Shown in pieces: positions 39,103 through 48,062 of a stretch of DNA of 64,000 nucleotides; within the stretch, counting starts at the first letter, position 1; each line of letters begins with the position of its first letter. Origin of the DNA: Candidatus Gottesmanbacteria bacterium (GTDB lineage Bacteria; Patescibacteriota; Microgenomatia; UBA10105; UBA927); the NCBI GenBank assembly GCA_963714095.1, contig OY970230.1, forward strand, positions 6,206 through 70,205, given 5' to 3'. The translations under genes were made by a program, and so were the position numbers. Under the pieces are notes generated by a model. The model saw only the letters and a list, made by a program, of their open reading frames with translations, was not told the DNA's origin and ran no database searches.

Positions 39103-41376
39103 TTATCTGATCTTTTTTTTCAGGACGAGTTTTTTTTCCGCTTCATAGATAGTTTCACGCACGTGATCAAGCGCATCGGGATTGACCGAAACGCTTGTTA
39201 TGCCCCACGATACGAGTTTCTCAACAAGTTCCGGGTAGTCCGACGGGGCTTGCCCGCACATGGAACTGGTGACGCCTCTGGCGGTACATGCACGGATAAC
39301 CCGTTCGAATGCCCAAAGCAACGATGCGTCAAGCTCAGAAAAATCGTGGGCAACCTCGCTGTTGTCGCGGTCAGTCCCCAACATAAGCATGGTGAGGTCG
39401 TTGCTGCCGATGGATACGCCGTCTATTCCTATGTCTAAAAAGTCGTCGATCCTTATGACGTTTGTGGGAATTTCAACCATCAGCCAGAGTTTAAATGAGC
39501 TTGATCGCGTCAGGCCGTTGGCTCCGATAAGTTTTTTAACGTCCATCAGTTCTTTGGGTGTCCGCACAAAGGGGATCATCATGTGGAGATTTTTGTACCC
39601 CATTTTGTTGCGCACCGTTTTAATGGCAGCCAATTCCAGCTCAAACACGCGTGAATCGGCGATATACCGGGCTGCTCCCCTAAATCCCAGCATCGGATTG
39701 GGCTCCTCCGGTTCAAATGCCGCCCCGCCTTTCAAATTCCGGTATTCGTTCGTCTTAAAGTCCGTTGTCCGGTACACGATCGGGCGCGGAGCGAATGACT
39801 TGCAAAATACCTCCAATTCCGCGGACAGTGTATCAACGAAAAATTTTTGTTTTCTTTCTTCAATCAGTTTTTTCGGGTGCGTACCGATATCCGCTATCAT
39901 AAACTCGGCCCGCAGGAGTCCTACGCCGTCTGCATTCATGGAAGCTACCGTCTCGGCTCTCCCGGGTTCAGCAAGATTGACGTAAACGTTTGTTGCGGTT
40001 TTGAGGTGTTCTTCTGCATGCATATTTTTCGTTTTCGTCTGTGTGATATGAACCGTGCCTTTAAATACCTCGCCCGTAGAACCGTTGACCGTCACAACGA
40101 GACCGTCTTTTACCAGGCTTCTGATATTCTTGACGCCGACAACGGCCGGAATTCCTAGTTCCCGCGAAACAATTGCTGCGTGTGATGTCCTCCCCCCCCG
40201 TTCGGTGACGATGGCGACCGCTTTGCGCATCGCAGGAACATAATCCGGATTGGTTTGCTCGGCAACAAGGATATCGCCGGGAGCGATTTTTCCGATTTCC
40301 CGTATGCTCATAAGTATTTTCACCGGGCCGCTTTGTACACCCGGACTTGCAGGATCACCTTTTGCAAGAAGTACGGCTTTTGTCTGCGAGGTGAATGTTC
40401 TCTGACGTTCTTTCCCTATGGTCGTAACGGGGCGCGTTTGGACAATATAGATGTGACCTTTTTCTATCGCCCATTCGGAATCCTGCGGGAAATAGTAGTG
40501 TTTTTCCAGTTTTTGGCCGATGGTGGCCAGAGTCTTAATCTGCCCGTCGGTCAATTTTTGTTTCGCGCCGTCTTTTTTCGACAATAAAATTGTTTGATTT
40601 TCTATGCCGTGTTTCTGCATCTTTTTTTCCTGCGTATGCACATCTTTTTTTATAATAGCGCCTGTTTGTTTATCAACTTCATAGTGGTCGGGAGTAACGG
40701 CTCCCTGGACTATCATTTCTCCGAGGCCGAAAATCGCCTCAATAACCACCTTGGATTTATCATTTGTTACAGGATCTATCGTAAACATGATACCTGATTC
40801 TTCAGACTCGATCATTTTCTCAACGGGAATTGCAATACCGATTTTAAAGTGATCGAAGTGGTTTGTGGCACGGTAAAATATGGCGCGTGCGGTAAACAGC
40901 GACGCCCACGCTTCTTTTACTTTTTCGATGAGATTTGCTTCACCCTGAACGTTCAGAAACGTGGCCTGCTGACCGGCAAATGACGCGCCGGGAAGATCTT
41001 CTGCTGTAGCTGACGAGCGGACAGCGACAACGGCGTGTTTTATCATCCCTCCTCCGAGCTTAAAATACGCGCGGATAATTTCGAGTGCTATATCCTTCGG
41101 AAACTCCGAACGCGTGATAAGTGACTGTACTTTTTTTGCAACGTCTTCAAGATTTTTGGAATTGTTGACGTCAACCGTACTTAACAGGGTTGATATTTTT
41201 TCTTTCAATTGAGACCGCTCGATAAACTCCGTGTATGCATGAACGGTAACGATAAATCCGGGTGGCACGGGGAATCCTGCCTGTGTCATTTCCCCGAGGT
41301 TTGCCCCTTTGCCTCCGACGATGCCTACGTCTTCTTTTCCTACATCACCAAACCAAACCACAAATTTTTTGGTCAT
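39103..41376 (-). CDS. ppsA: Phosphoenolpyruvate synthase (pyruvate, water dikinase)
   Basis: N-terminal GGKGANLGEM, central phospho-His domain (GGRTSHAAIVSRELGIP), C-terminal PEP-utilising TIM-barrel domain. Confidence 0.9.
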   Translation of the reverse strand: MTKKFVVWFGDVGKEDVGIVGGKGANLGEMTQAGFPVPPGFIVTVHAYTEFIERSQLKEKISTLLSTVDVNNSKNLEDVAKKVQSLITRSEFPKDIALEIIRAYFKLGGGMIKHAVVAVRSSATAEDLPGASFAGQQATFLNVQGEANLIEKVKEAWASLFTARAIFYRATNHFDHFKIGIAIPVEKMIESEESGIMFTIDPVTNDKSKVVIEAIFGLGEMIVQGAVTPDHYEVDKQTGAIIKKDVHTQEKKMQKHGIENQTILLSKKDGAKQKLTDGQIKTLATIGQKLEKHYYFPQDSEWAIEKGHIYIVQTRPVTTIGKERQRTFTSQTKAVLLAKGDPASPGVQSGPVKILMSIREIGKIAPGDILVAEQTNPDYVPAMRKAVAIVTERGGRTSHAAIVSRELGIPAVVGVKNIRSLVKDGLVVTVNGSTGEVFKGTVHITQTKTKNMHAEEHLKTATNVYVNLAEPGRAETVASMNADGVGLLRAEFMIADIGTHPKKLIEERKQKFFVDTLSAELEVFCKSFAPRPIVYRTTDFKTNEYRNLKGGAAFEPEEPNPMLGFRGAARYIADSRVFELELAAIKTVRNKMGYKNLHMMIPFVRTPKELMDVKKLIGANGLTRSSSFKLWLMVEIPTNVIRIDDFLDIGIDGVSIGSNDLTMLMLGTDRDNSEVAHDFSELDASLLWAFERVIRACTARGVTSSMCGQAPSDYPELVEKLVSWGITSVSVNPDALDHVRETIYEAEKKLVLKKKIR

Positions 41377-41414
41377 AGATCTAGTATGAGGAATTCTATT
41401 CCTATGCGCAAGTG

Positions 41415-42488
41415 CTATTTCTTGTTTAGCTGGGCTTTAAAATAATCGACCCAGGGGATGGCAACGGGGTTTACGTCGTAAAGCATCCCGAGATAAAATG
41501 TTGTAAATCCTGCCAGCGTATACGCTTCCAGCGTCTGTGAGAGTTTATTGGGGCCAGTCAGCGGTATGTCGTAGGTGGAAACGTTTTGTTTTTCTACAAC
41601 GTCTTTCGTAATAGCAAAACGTATTTTAATAGGTTCGCTGTAGCAATGGGACAAAAAGAACAGAAAAACGCCATTTTTATGGATACTTTCAGGATGAGAG
41701 AGTCCCTCTAACAAATGATGATTCAGTTCTGATATATACCGGTAATCCGAAATCATTTTGGCGGTTTCATTTATCTGGTTGGCGAATCCGTTTCCGAAGC
41801 CTTTGAGAAATTCGGCCGTGATAATAAACGGATGCTTGTCTTTTAAGAATCGGGCAAGTTGTTTAGCGGGATTATCCTTTTCCGGAACCGAGATTACGTA
41901 TTTTTTCCCGATTTCCTTTGAAAACGCGATAGCTTCCTCGACATTATCTTTGATCGTAACAAAACCAAGAGTGTTTAAAAGTCCAAGATGACCTAACAAA
42001 AGATATCCTCCTCCGATTCGCGGTTGGCCGCACGGATTGAATTTCGGATCGAAAAAATAGACCGGGGCCTTTTGTTCTTTGAGGAATTCAGCAACGACAC
42101 CGTTGTCCTTCATAATTCCTGCTAGTTTTGCACCTTTACTCAGGGCGTCACGACCCGCAGAAAGTACTTCTTCAGTCGTGCCTGAGTATGAAGACAATAG
42201 AACGAGCGAGTCTCCGTTTACGTAACCCGGCACGGCGTAATCTTCACAAATTTCATAGGGAACGGTAATGTATTTTCGGAATAGTGCGCCGATTGTTTTT
42301 GGTGTAAATCTTGATCCTCCCATGCCGCACACAATAATATTTTTTACTTTCTCATATTCTTTGGGAAATACAACCTTCCGGCTTTCTTCCCAGGCTTGTT
42401 GACACTGATCGGGGAACATAACCGTTGACCCCAATACATTTGACGGATCCTTCGTCTTCATTGCCGCAATATCATCAAGATTATTCAT
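41415..42488 (-). CDS. Bifunctional phosphoglucose/phosphomannose isomerase (archaeal-type SIS-domain PGI/PMI)
   Basis: SIS domains with GMGGS and SYSGTTEE motifs. About 350 aa, typical of the PGI/PMI family. Confidence 0.7.
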   Translation of the reverse strand: MNNLDDIAAMKTKDPSNVLGSTVMFPDQCQQAWEESRKVVFPKEYEKVKNIIVCGMGGSRFTPKTIGALFRKYITVPYEICEDYAVPGYVNGDSLVLLSSYSGTTEEVLSAGRDALSKGAKLAGIMKDNGVVAEFLKEQKAPVYFFDPKFNPCGQPRIGGGYLLLGHLGLLNTLGFVTIKDNVEEAIAFSKEIGKKYVISVPEKDNPAKQLARFLKDKHPFIITAEFLKGFGNGFANQINETAKMISDYRYISELNHHLLEGLSHPESIHKNGVFLFFLSHCYSEPIKIRFAITKDVVEKQNVSTYDIPLTGPNKLSQTLEAYTLAGFTTFYLGMLYDVNPVAIPWVDYFKAQLNKK

Positions 42489-42496
42489 ATATTTCC

Positions 42497-43915
42497 TTAT
42501 TCCAATGCGCTGGTATTAACGCCCGATTTGAAATCAACTTCTGGATATGTATGTAAAATAGTGCTGACCTGTTTTTTCAGGTTGTCATACGCAGCCTGTG
42601 TTTTTCCTTCGAATTTTATCGTCAGATATGGGCCGTTCTGGCTAGCGCGGACAATCATCATCTCGTCAGTCGTATCCATTCGGACGCCATCAATTTCAAT
42701 ATATTGCGCATCAGGATATAATTTTTTTATTTCGGCGCCGATTTTTTGGGAAACAACGTTAAATTTTATATCGTCAGGACAGCCGACTTTAATTTCCGGA
42801 CTTGAAAAATATTTTGGTAATTCAGCCACAGCCTGTTTGAGTGATTGTTTTTTCCGGGTTAAATATGCAAGCAACCGCAACGATGCGATAGCCCCGTCAT
42901 CATGACCGTAAAAATTATCCACAAAGTACATATGTCCCGATAATTCTCCCCCGAACGGCGCCTTTTCATCACGCACTTTTGCTTTGATAAAAGAGTGACC
43001 GGTGAGCCACATGATGGGCTGTCCGCCGGCTGCTTTAATAACGTCGTCCACCTGCTTACTGCAAAGTGTATTAAAAACAATTTTTGCTCCAGGTAAAAAC
43101 TCGAGAATATCTTTTGCGTATAGTGAAACAAGCGTATCGTTCCAAATAAGGGAGCCATCGCTGTCGACAACACCGATCCGGTCGCCGTCACAATCATACG
43201 AAAAACCAAGATCTGCTTTGGACGCAACGACGCCTTTGGCAAGACGCTCCTGCACTTCGCGTTCCGTCGGATCCGGTGTACCTGCAGGAAAATTTCCGTC
43301 GGGTTTCGTATTTTGTTCAATTACGTCACAACCGAAACTTCGAAGTATATCGGGTAAATAAATTCCGGTTGTTGCGGCACAGGAATCAACGACAACTTTA
43401 AATGAACCTATCACATCGACGCGGCGTTTAAGATCGTCCATATAATCCTGTTTAATATCCTTTTGAATATGATTCCCCTTGGGAATCCGTGAGACGAACG
43501 TACCGGATTTTACTAAATTACGGAATTCTTTAATATCTTCCGTAAGCATCGTTTCGGAATATCCTGTTCCGAATTTAAACCCGTTATATTCTTTGGGATT
43601 ATGCGATGCGGTAATCATAACCATACCGCGGGTCCGGAAGTAATAACAGGCGAAATATGCAATTTGAGAAAGCGTCATACCGATATCGAAAACCGTAATA
43701 CCGGAATCCGTGAGTCCTTTTACCAGGGCATCACGGAATTTCGGGCTTGAAAGGCGACAGTCGTATCCAACAACACAATCATAAATACGACGCTGCAAAA
43801 GCCATGTAGCGTACGCTCGACCCAATATCCCGACATTTTCGGAAGTAAGTTCTGTATCGACGAGGCCGCGCAGGTCATAGCCTCGAAATACGTGATCCGG
43901 AATTTGCGCACCCAT
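42497..43915 (-). CDS. Phosphoglucomutase/phosphomannomutase (alpha-D-phosphohexomutase)
   Basis: Active-site TASHNPKEYNGFK, metal loop DCDGDR, sugar-binding GELSGH. Confidence 0.9.
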   Translation of the reverse strand: MGAQIPDHVFRGYDLRGLVDTELTSENVGILGRAYATWLLQRRIYDCVVGYDCRLSSPKFRDALVKGLTDSGITVFDIGMTLSQIAYFACYYFRTRGMVMITASHNPKEYNGFKFGTGYSETMLTEDIKEFRNLVKSGTFVSRIPKGNHIQKDIKQDYMDDLKRRVDVIGSFKVVVDSCAATTGIYLPDILRSFGCDVIEQNTKPDGNFPAGTPDPTEREVQERLAKGVVASKADLGFSYDCDGDRIGVVDSDGSLIWNDTLVSLYAKDILEFLPGAKIVFNTLCSKQVDDVIKAAGGQPIMWLTGHSFIKAKVRDEKAPFGGELSGHMYFVDNFYGHDDGAIASLRLLAYLTRKKQSLKQAVAELPKYFSSPEIKVGCPDDIKFNVVSQKIGAEIKKLYPDAQYIEIDGVRMDTTDEMMIVRASQNGPYLTIKFEGKTQAAYDNLKKQVSTILHTYPEVDFKSGVNTSALE

Positions 43916-43923
43916 AATTTTCC

Positions 43924-44604
43924 TTATAAATCAATAATAAACTGTTCGGTCAGTTGAGAAAGCGTAAACGGGCTACTACCGTTTTTAACGGAAAACTCCA
44001 TTTCCAGTAGATTTTTGTACATAGATATGAGTCTATCCATGGTAAATAACTTTGCCTGTCTTGTCAAACGGGTCAGCTGCCACCCCGCGAGGCCTTCCGG
44101 TATAACGTTATCGCGTAACTGAATCAGCTGACGAACGCGCCGTACGATCATGGAGAATATGAGTTCTGCGGCTTCCGTTTGGTTGAGTGTTTTATAGAGC
44201 GGCAATACGCGGCTTGCAGCATCGGGCGCAACGCCGTCGAGCAATTGGAAAATGATGGAAGGAATTTTAAAAAGCATAATTTTTGCTTCCGGCAAGTTTT
44301 TGAGTACCGTGCCTCCGACCTCTTTATCTTCCCAGAGAACAATATCAACCGGGCTTTTATTAATAATTGCGGCGAGAGACTCAATGAGCTTTAATTTCCT
44401 GCCGAGCTTTCCAAAAAGATTCTCTATAAAGATTATCGTGTCACCACCAAAGAGAGAGTGTGACTCCAGTGCCTGTGTTAGGCTGGCAGAATCAATAGTA
44501 CGCCCGTCCAATGTTCTGATTTCCTTATTTTTTGCTTCGTTTTTCAGGCGGACAAATTCTTTTCTAGATGTTTCAATAAAGTTTCCGTGTAACAGGGTAA
44601 TCAT
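43924..44604 (-). CDS. DNA polymerase III delta subunit-like (HolA), short form
   Basis: Clamp-loader delta-like N-terminal domain composition. Only 226 aa. Low-similarity call. Confidence 0.45.
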   Translation of the reverse strand: MITLLHGNFIETSRKEFVRLKNEAKNKEIRTLDGRTIDSASLTQALESHSLFGGDTIIFIENLFGKLGRKLKLIESLAAIINKSPVDIVLWEDKEVGGTVLKNLPEAKIMLFKIPSIIFQLLDGVAPDAASRVLPLYKTLNQTEAAELIFSMIVRRVRQLIQLRDNVIPEGLAGWQLTRLTRQAKLFTMDRLISMYKNLLEMEFSVKNGSSPFTLSQLTEQFIIDL

Positions 44605-44981
44605 AGGCTTTCCTTATACAGTCGGAACAACTCTTCTACCGTGCCGCGGTTAATGCGTTTATGAAGACCGCTATGGGGAACGAGTGCTCCGGAAAAATTT
44701 TTCGGAATATGCATAAGCTCGTGGATAATGACCCGTTTTTTATCATCATCGGACAGATGATCAAAATGATGGGAAAGAACCTCGATCACATAATATGGCG
44801 GTAGCTTTAGCGCCATCTGCCAGATTTTCGGGAAACTCCAGATCCTGGCCCTGGCGCGGCTGGTTGCACCATGGCTGCGCATGCAGACGATTCGACGGGA
44901 ATCGACGTAGGCGGTAAACGGCAGTTTGGGCACAAGCTCGTTTACGATTTTTTTTATGTCGGGTGCTGGTGTAATGTCCAT
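44601..44981 (-). CDS. Putative zinc metallo-hydrolase (HExxH; DUF45/YgjP- or SprT-like)
   Basis: IIHELMHIPKNFSGALVPH motif. 126 aa. Confidence 0.45.
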   Translation of the reverse strand: MDITPAPDIKKIVNELVPKLPFTAYVDSRRIVCMRSHGATSRARARIWSFPKIWQMALKLPPYYVIEVLSHHFDHLSDDDKKRVIIHELMHIPKNFSGALVPHSGLHKRINRGTVEELFRLYKESL

Positions 44982-45385
44982 TGTTTTACCTGTACCAATA
45001 ACGCTCTGTTTGTTTTTGGATACCCGATAACCTCAAGAGCATGATCTATGGGCATCCAGGTTGCGTTATGAATACCTTCTTCTGTCTGATTTATAAGATG
45101 TTCAGTTCCGTCTGATTGAAATAGAAAATAATGAACTGTTTTCTTCACGGGACCGCTTTTTGTATACGTATACTCAATGGGCCGAAACTTCCTGATCATT
45201 ATGAGGCTCTTCATGCCGACTTCCTCATGGATTTCGCGTACGGCCGCTTGCTCCAGGTTTTCGTTTTCCTCAATTTTCCCTTTCGGAAACGTCCAGACAC
45301 TATTCATGTCCTGAAGAACAAGCACCTCCCACACGCGTTTTGTGTACTTGAGAATGATTCCACCCGCAGAAACCTCGGTTTTCAT
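44954..45385 (-). CDS. NUDIX hydrolase
   Basis: Nudix box GKIEENENLEQAAVREIHEEVG. Confidence 0.8.
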   Translation of the reverse strand: MKTEVSAGGIILKYTKRVWEVLVLQDMNSVWTFPKGKIEENENLEQAAVREIHEEVGMKSLIMIRKFRPIEYTYTKSGPVKKTVHYFLFQSDGTEHLINQTEEGIHNATWMPIDHALEVIGYPKTNRALLVQVKQWTLHQHPT

Positions 45386-45636
45386 TTCGTCACCAAGTAT
45401 ATCACGTCACCCTCACGAACCGGTTTATCGGTTTTGAGCGCGCCCGATTCACCGGGTTTAATTTTTGCAACCTTAGTATGCTCTACCTGTAATGACGATA
45501 CTGTCTGATTGAATTCCTTGTCGTGTCCTGAAATTTTAATCACATCTCCGACTTTCAGCGGATGTTTCAAAACGGTAATAACCGCAACGCCGATTTTGTC
45601 GTAGTAGTGTGTTACCTTGGCAATCTGTATATCCAC
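45382..45636 (-). CDS. Small hypothetical beta-barrel protein
   Basis: 84 aa. Translationally coupled to the Nudix gene (4-nt overlap). Confidence 0.3.
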   Translation of the reverse strand: MDIQIAKVTHYYDKIGVAVITVLKHPLKVGDVIKISGHDKEFNQTVSSLQVEHTKVAKIKPGESGALKTDKPVREGDVIYLVTK

Positions 45637-45642
45637 GTAGAC

Positions 45643-46845
45643 TCACCCCCTTTGATAATATATTTTTCCTTTTAATTTTTCGGGAAGCAGACTGTCTTTC
45701 GTATATTTCTCGTAGCCCTTACCGTATCCCAAACCTTTCATAAGAGACGTTGGTGCATTGCGGATAACAAGCGGAATGGGCAAATTGCCGTATGCCGTAG
45801 CATCCGCAAGCGCTGCCATATATGCTTCATATGCACGACGGTCTTTTTTGGCCAGGCAAAGATAGACGACTCCGTGGGCAAGATTTTCCTGACATTCCGG
45901 ATAACCGATTTTATTACAGGCATCAAATACGGCATTTGCAACAACGAGTGCCGTGGGCTGGGCCATACCGATATCTTCAGATGCGAACACCACCATTCTT
46001 CGGGCAATAAACAGCGGATCTTCTCCGGAGGCAACCATGCGTGCAAGATAATATAAAGCCGCATCCGTGTCACTTGCCCGCATGCTTTTGATAAACGCCG
46101 AAATCGTATTATAATGTTCGTCTCCCACCTGATCGTAGGCAAGCATTTTCCGCTGCGCCGCAACTTCGATATCAGGAGCGGTTAATACTTTCTTTTTTGC
46201 TAGACTCGCCGCAATTTCAAGAATAGTGAGGAGCGCCCGCGCGTCCGCGTTTGCGACCTCCAATAAAAACTGACGGCCTTTTGTATCGATAGATTTTTTA
46301 AGATATGTCAGTCCCCTGTCCGTAATCTTGGTCAGTTCCTGTTCACTTAATGGTTTTAACACCAGCACCCGGCAGCGTGACAGAAGCGGAGAGATAACTT
46401 CAAAGGAGGGATTTTCGGTTGTCGCGCCGATAAATATGACCGTCCCGTGCTCAACTGCAGGCAGTAGCGCGTCCTGTTGGGCCTTATTAAACCGGTGAAT
46501 TTCGTCTAAAAATAATATGGTGCGGACGCCGGTTGCCTGTTTCCGTTCAACGGATTCCTTTATCACGCGCCGCACATCAGCCAATGTTGATGTGACGGCG
46601 GAATGGGATTCAAAAAAGCTGTTTGTGAGTGTTGCCAAAAGCTGGGCAAGTGTCGTTTTACCGCATCCGGGAGGGCCCCAAAAAATCATGGAGGGAAGAA
46701 ATCCTGTTGCAAGAAGCTTACGGATAATGCCCGCCGGACCGACGAGGTGCTCCTGCCCGATAACCTCATCGAGAGTCGTGGGACGAAGTATGTCCGCAAG
46801 CGGCCGCTCATCTCTCATCACACCTATTCTATCACCGTTTCCCAC
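45643..46845 (-). CDS. rarA: Replication-associated recombination protein A (RarA/MgsA AAA+ ATPase)
   Basis: Walker [12 protein letters not shown], Walker [11 protein letters not shown], sensor-2 region, C-terminal MgsA domain. Start may be the internal Met at 46818. Confidence 0.9.
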   Translation of the reverse strand: MGNGDRIGVMRDERPLADILRPTTLDEVIGQEHLVGPAGIIRKLLATGFLPSMIFWGPPGCGKTTLAQLLATLTNSFFESHSAVTSTLADVRRVIKESVERKQATGVRTILFLDEIHRFNKAQQDALLPAVEHGTVIFIGATTENPSFEVISPLLSRCRVLVLKPLSEQELTKITDRGLTYLKKSIDTKGRQFLLEVANADARALLTILEIAASLAKKKVLTAPDIEVAAQRKMLAYDQVGDEHYNTISAFIKSMRASDTDAALYYLARMVASGEDPLFIARRMVVFASEDIGMAQPTALVVANAVFDACNKIGYPECQENLAHGVVYLCLAKKDRRAYEAYMAALADATAYGNLPIPLVIRNAPTSLMKGLGYGKGYEKYTKDSLLPEKLKGKIYYQRG

Positions 46846-47933
46846 GGGAAGCTATCGCGTCCGAAGTGGCCATACCGGGCCGTCTCACGGTAGATGGGGC
46901 GCCGCAAATTAAGACCTTCGAGAATTCCCGGTACGGACATGTCCAACAGATTCCAAGCGAAATCTGCGATAACGGAAAGTTTTTTCTTTTCCGTACCGAA
47001 AGTCTCAATTTCCCGGTCAATCGGTTCCCGTTGTCCTATGACATATGCCACACGCACTTCCACGCGATCGGCGAGCCCGGCCGCTACGATATTTTTTGCG
47101 ATATACCGGCATGCATAGGCACCGCTGCGGTCCACCTTTGTCGGATCCTTCCCGCTGAACGCTCCGCCTCCGTGCCGCGCAAACGCTCCGTAGGTATCAA
47201 CAATAATTTTTCTGCCGGTCACTCCTGTATCGGATGCAGGACCGCCTATTTCCCATCGTCCTCGGCTTCCATTGACGATGATATGGGAGCGTGTTGGCGT
47301 TTTAAAATGATATGAGGCGAGAACCGGCGTGATGACGTTTGCAATCAGTTTCGTCGTAAGAACAGTATTACTTATGTTCGGATCGTGCGGAACGGCAATA
47401 ACAACGCTTTCAACTGACTTTGGTTTTCCGTTTTCATACAACACTTTGACTTCTGATTTACCGTCAGGGCGCAGGAACGGAAGCGTGCCTGTTTCACGAA
47501 CCTCATCGAGACGTTGAACCAGCCGGTGCGCAAGAATGATAGGCATCGGCATGAGCTCGGTACATTCCCTCGTTGCATAGCCGAACATCATGCCCTGATC
47601 TCCGGCGCCGCCGATATCAACTCCTACAGCGATATCAGGAGACTGATGGTGAATATAGACCGATACAGGTGATTTATCCGTAAAGTTATAGATTTTTTTG
47701 GTGTAACCAAGAGATTTAATTACATTCCGCGCAATATGTTCATACGCAAGTTCTTTAGAACACGTAACCTCTCCTGCCATCACGACGCGGTTAAATGTGA
47801 CGAGCGACTCCACTGCAACACGCGAAAACGGGTCCGCGGTGAGTGCCGCATCCAATACGGCATCGGAAATCTGGTCGCAAATTTTATCGGGGTGTCCTGC
47901 GGCAACCGACTCAGAAGTAAAATAGGTACTCAT
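46824..47933 (-). CDS. metK: S-adenosylmethionine synthetase (MetK)
   Basis: MSTYFTSESVAAGHPDK start, GAGDQGMMFGYA signature. The ORF-track N-terminal extension to 48020 is a translated riboswitch, not protein. RBS GGAGGG is 5 nt upstream of the ATG at 47933. Confidence 0.9.
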   Translation of the reverse strand: MSTYFTSESVAAGHPDKICDQISDAVLDAALTADPFSRVAVESLVTFNRVVMAGEVTCSKELAYEHIARNVIKSLGYTKKIYNFTDKSPVSVYIHHQSPDIAVGVDIGGAGDQGMMFGYATRECTELMPMPIILAHRLVQRLDEVRETGTLPFLRPDGKSEVKVLYENGKPKSVESVVIAVPHDPNISNTVLTTKLIANVITPVLASYHFKTPTRSHIIVNGSRGRWEIGGPASDTGVTGRKIIVDTYGAFARHGGGAFSGKDPTKVDRSGAYACRYIAKNIVAAGLADRVEVRVAYVIGQREPIDREIETFGTEKKKLSVIADFAWNLLDMSVPGILEGLNLRRPIYRETARYGHFGRDSFPWETVIE

Positions 47934-47939
47934 ATGTTT

Positions 47940-48056
47940 CCCTCCTTCGGGCAAATCTCCGTCAGATGACGGACTTGTTGGGGCACCCTCTATGAGAAGG
48001 GTTGCCGGACGGATCATCAAGCAAGATCTCTCCCCGCCTCTCTTGATTTTTTATAC
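47940..48056 (-). ncRNA. SAM-I (S-box) riboswitch in the metK 5' leader
   Basis: On the minus strand: AAAAAUCAAGAGAGGCGGGGAGAGAUCUUGCUUGAUGAUCCGUCCGGCAACC...GGUGCCCCAACAAGUCCGUCAUCUGACGGAGAUUUG. This matches S-box hallmarks (AUCAAGAGAGGC, GAUGA kink-turn, CGGCAACC, GGUGC-AA-CC, P1 closing AAAUC/GAUUU) directly upstream of the metK RBS. Confidence 0.7.
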
Positions 48057-48062
48057 TGCGCT

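Noticed and set aside
46824-48020. 398-aa MetK ORF with N-terminal extension MMIRPATLLIEGAPTSPSSDGDLPEGGKH
   Set aside because: The extension is the translated SAM-I riboswitch. The canonical MetK N-terminus with a good RBS begins at 47933.
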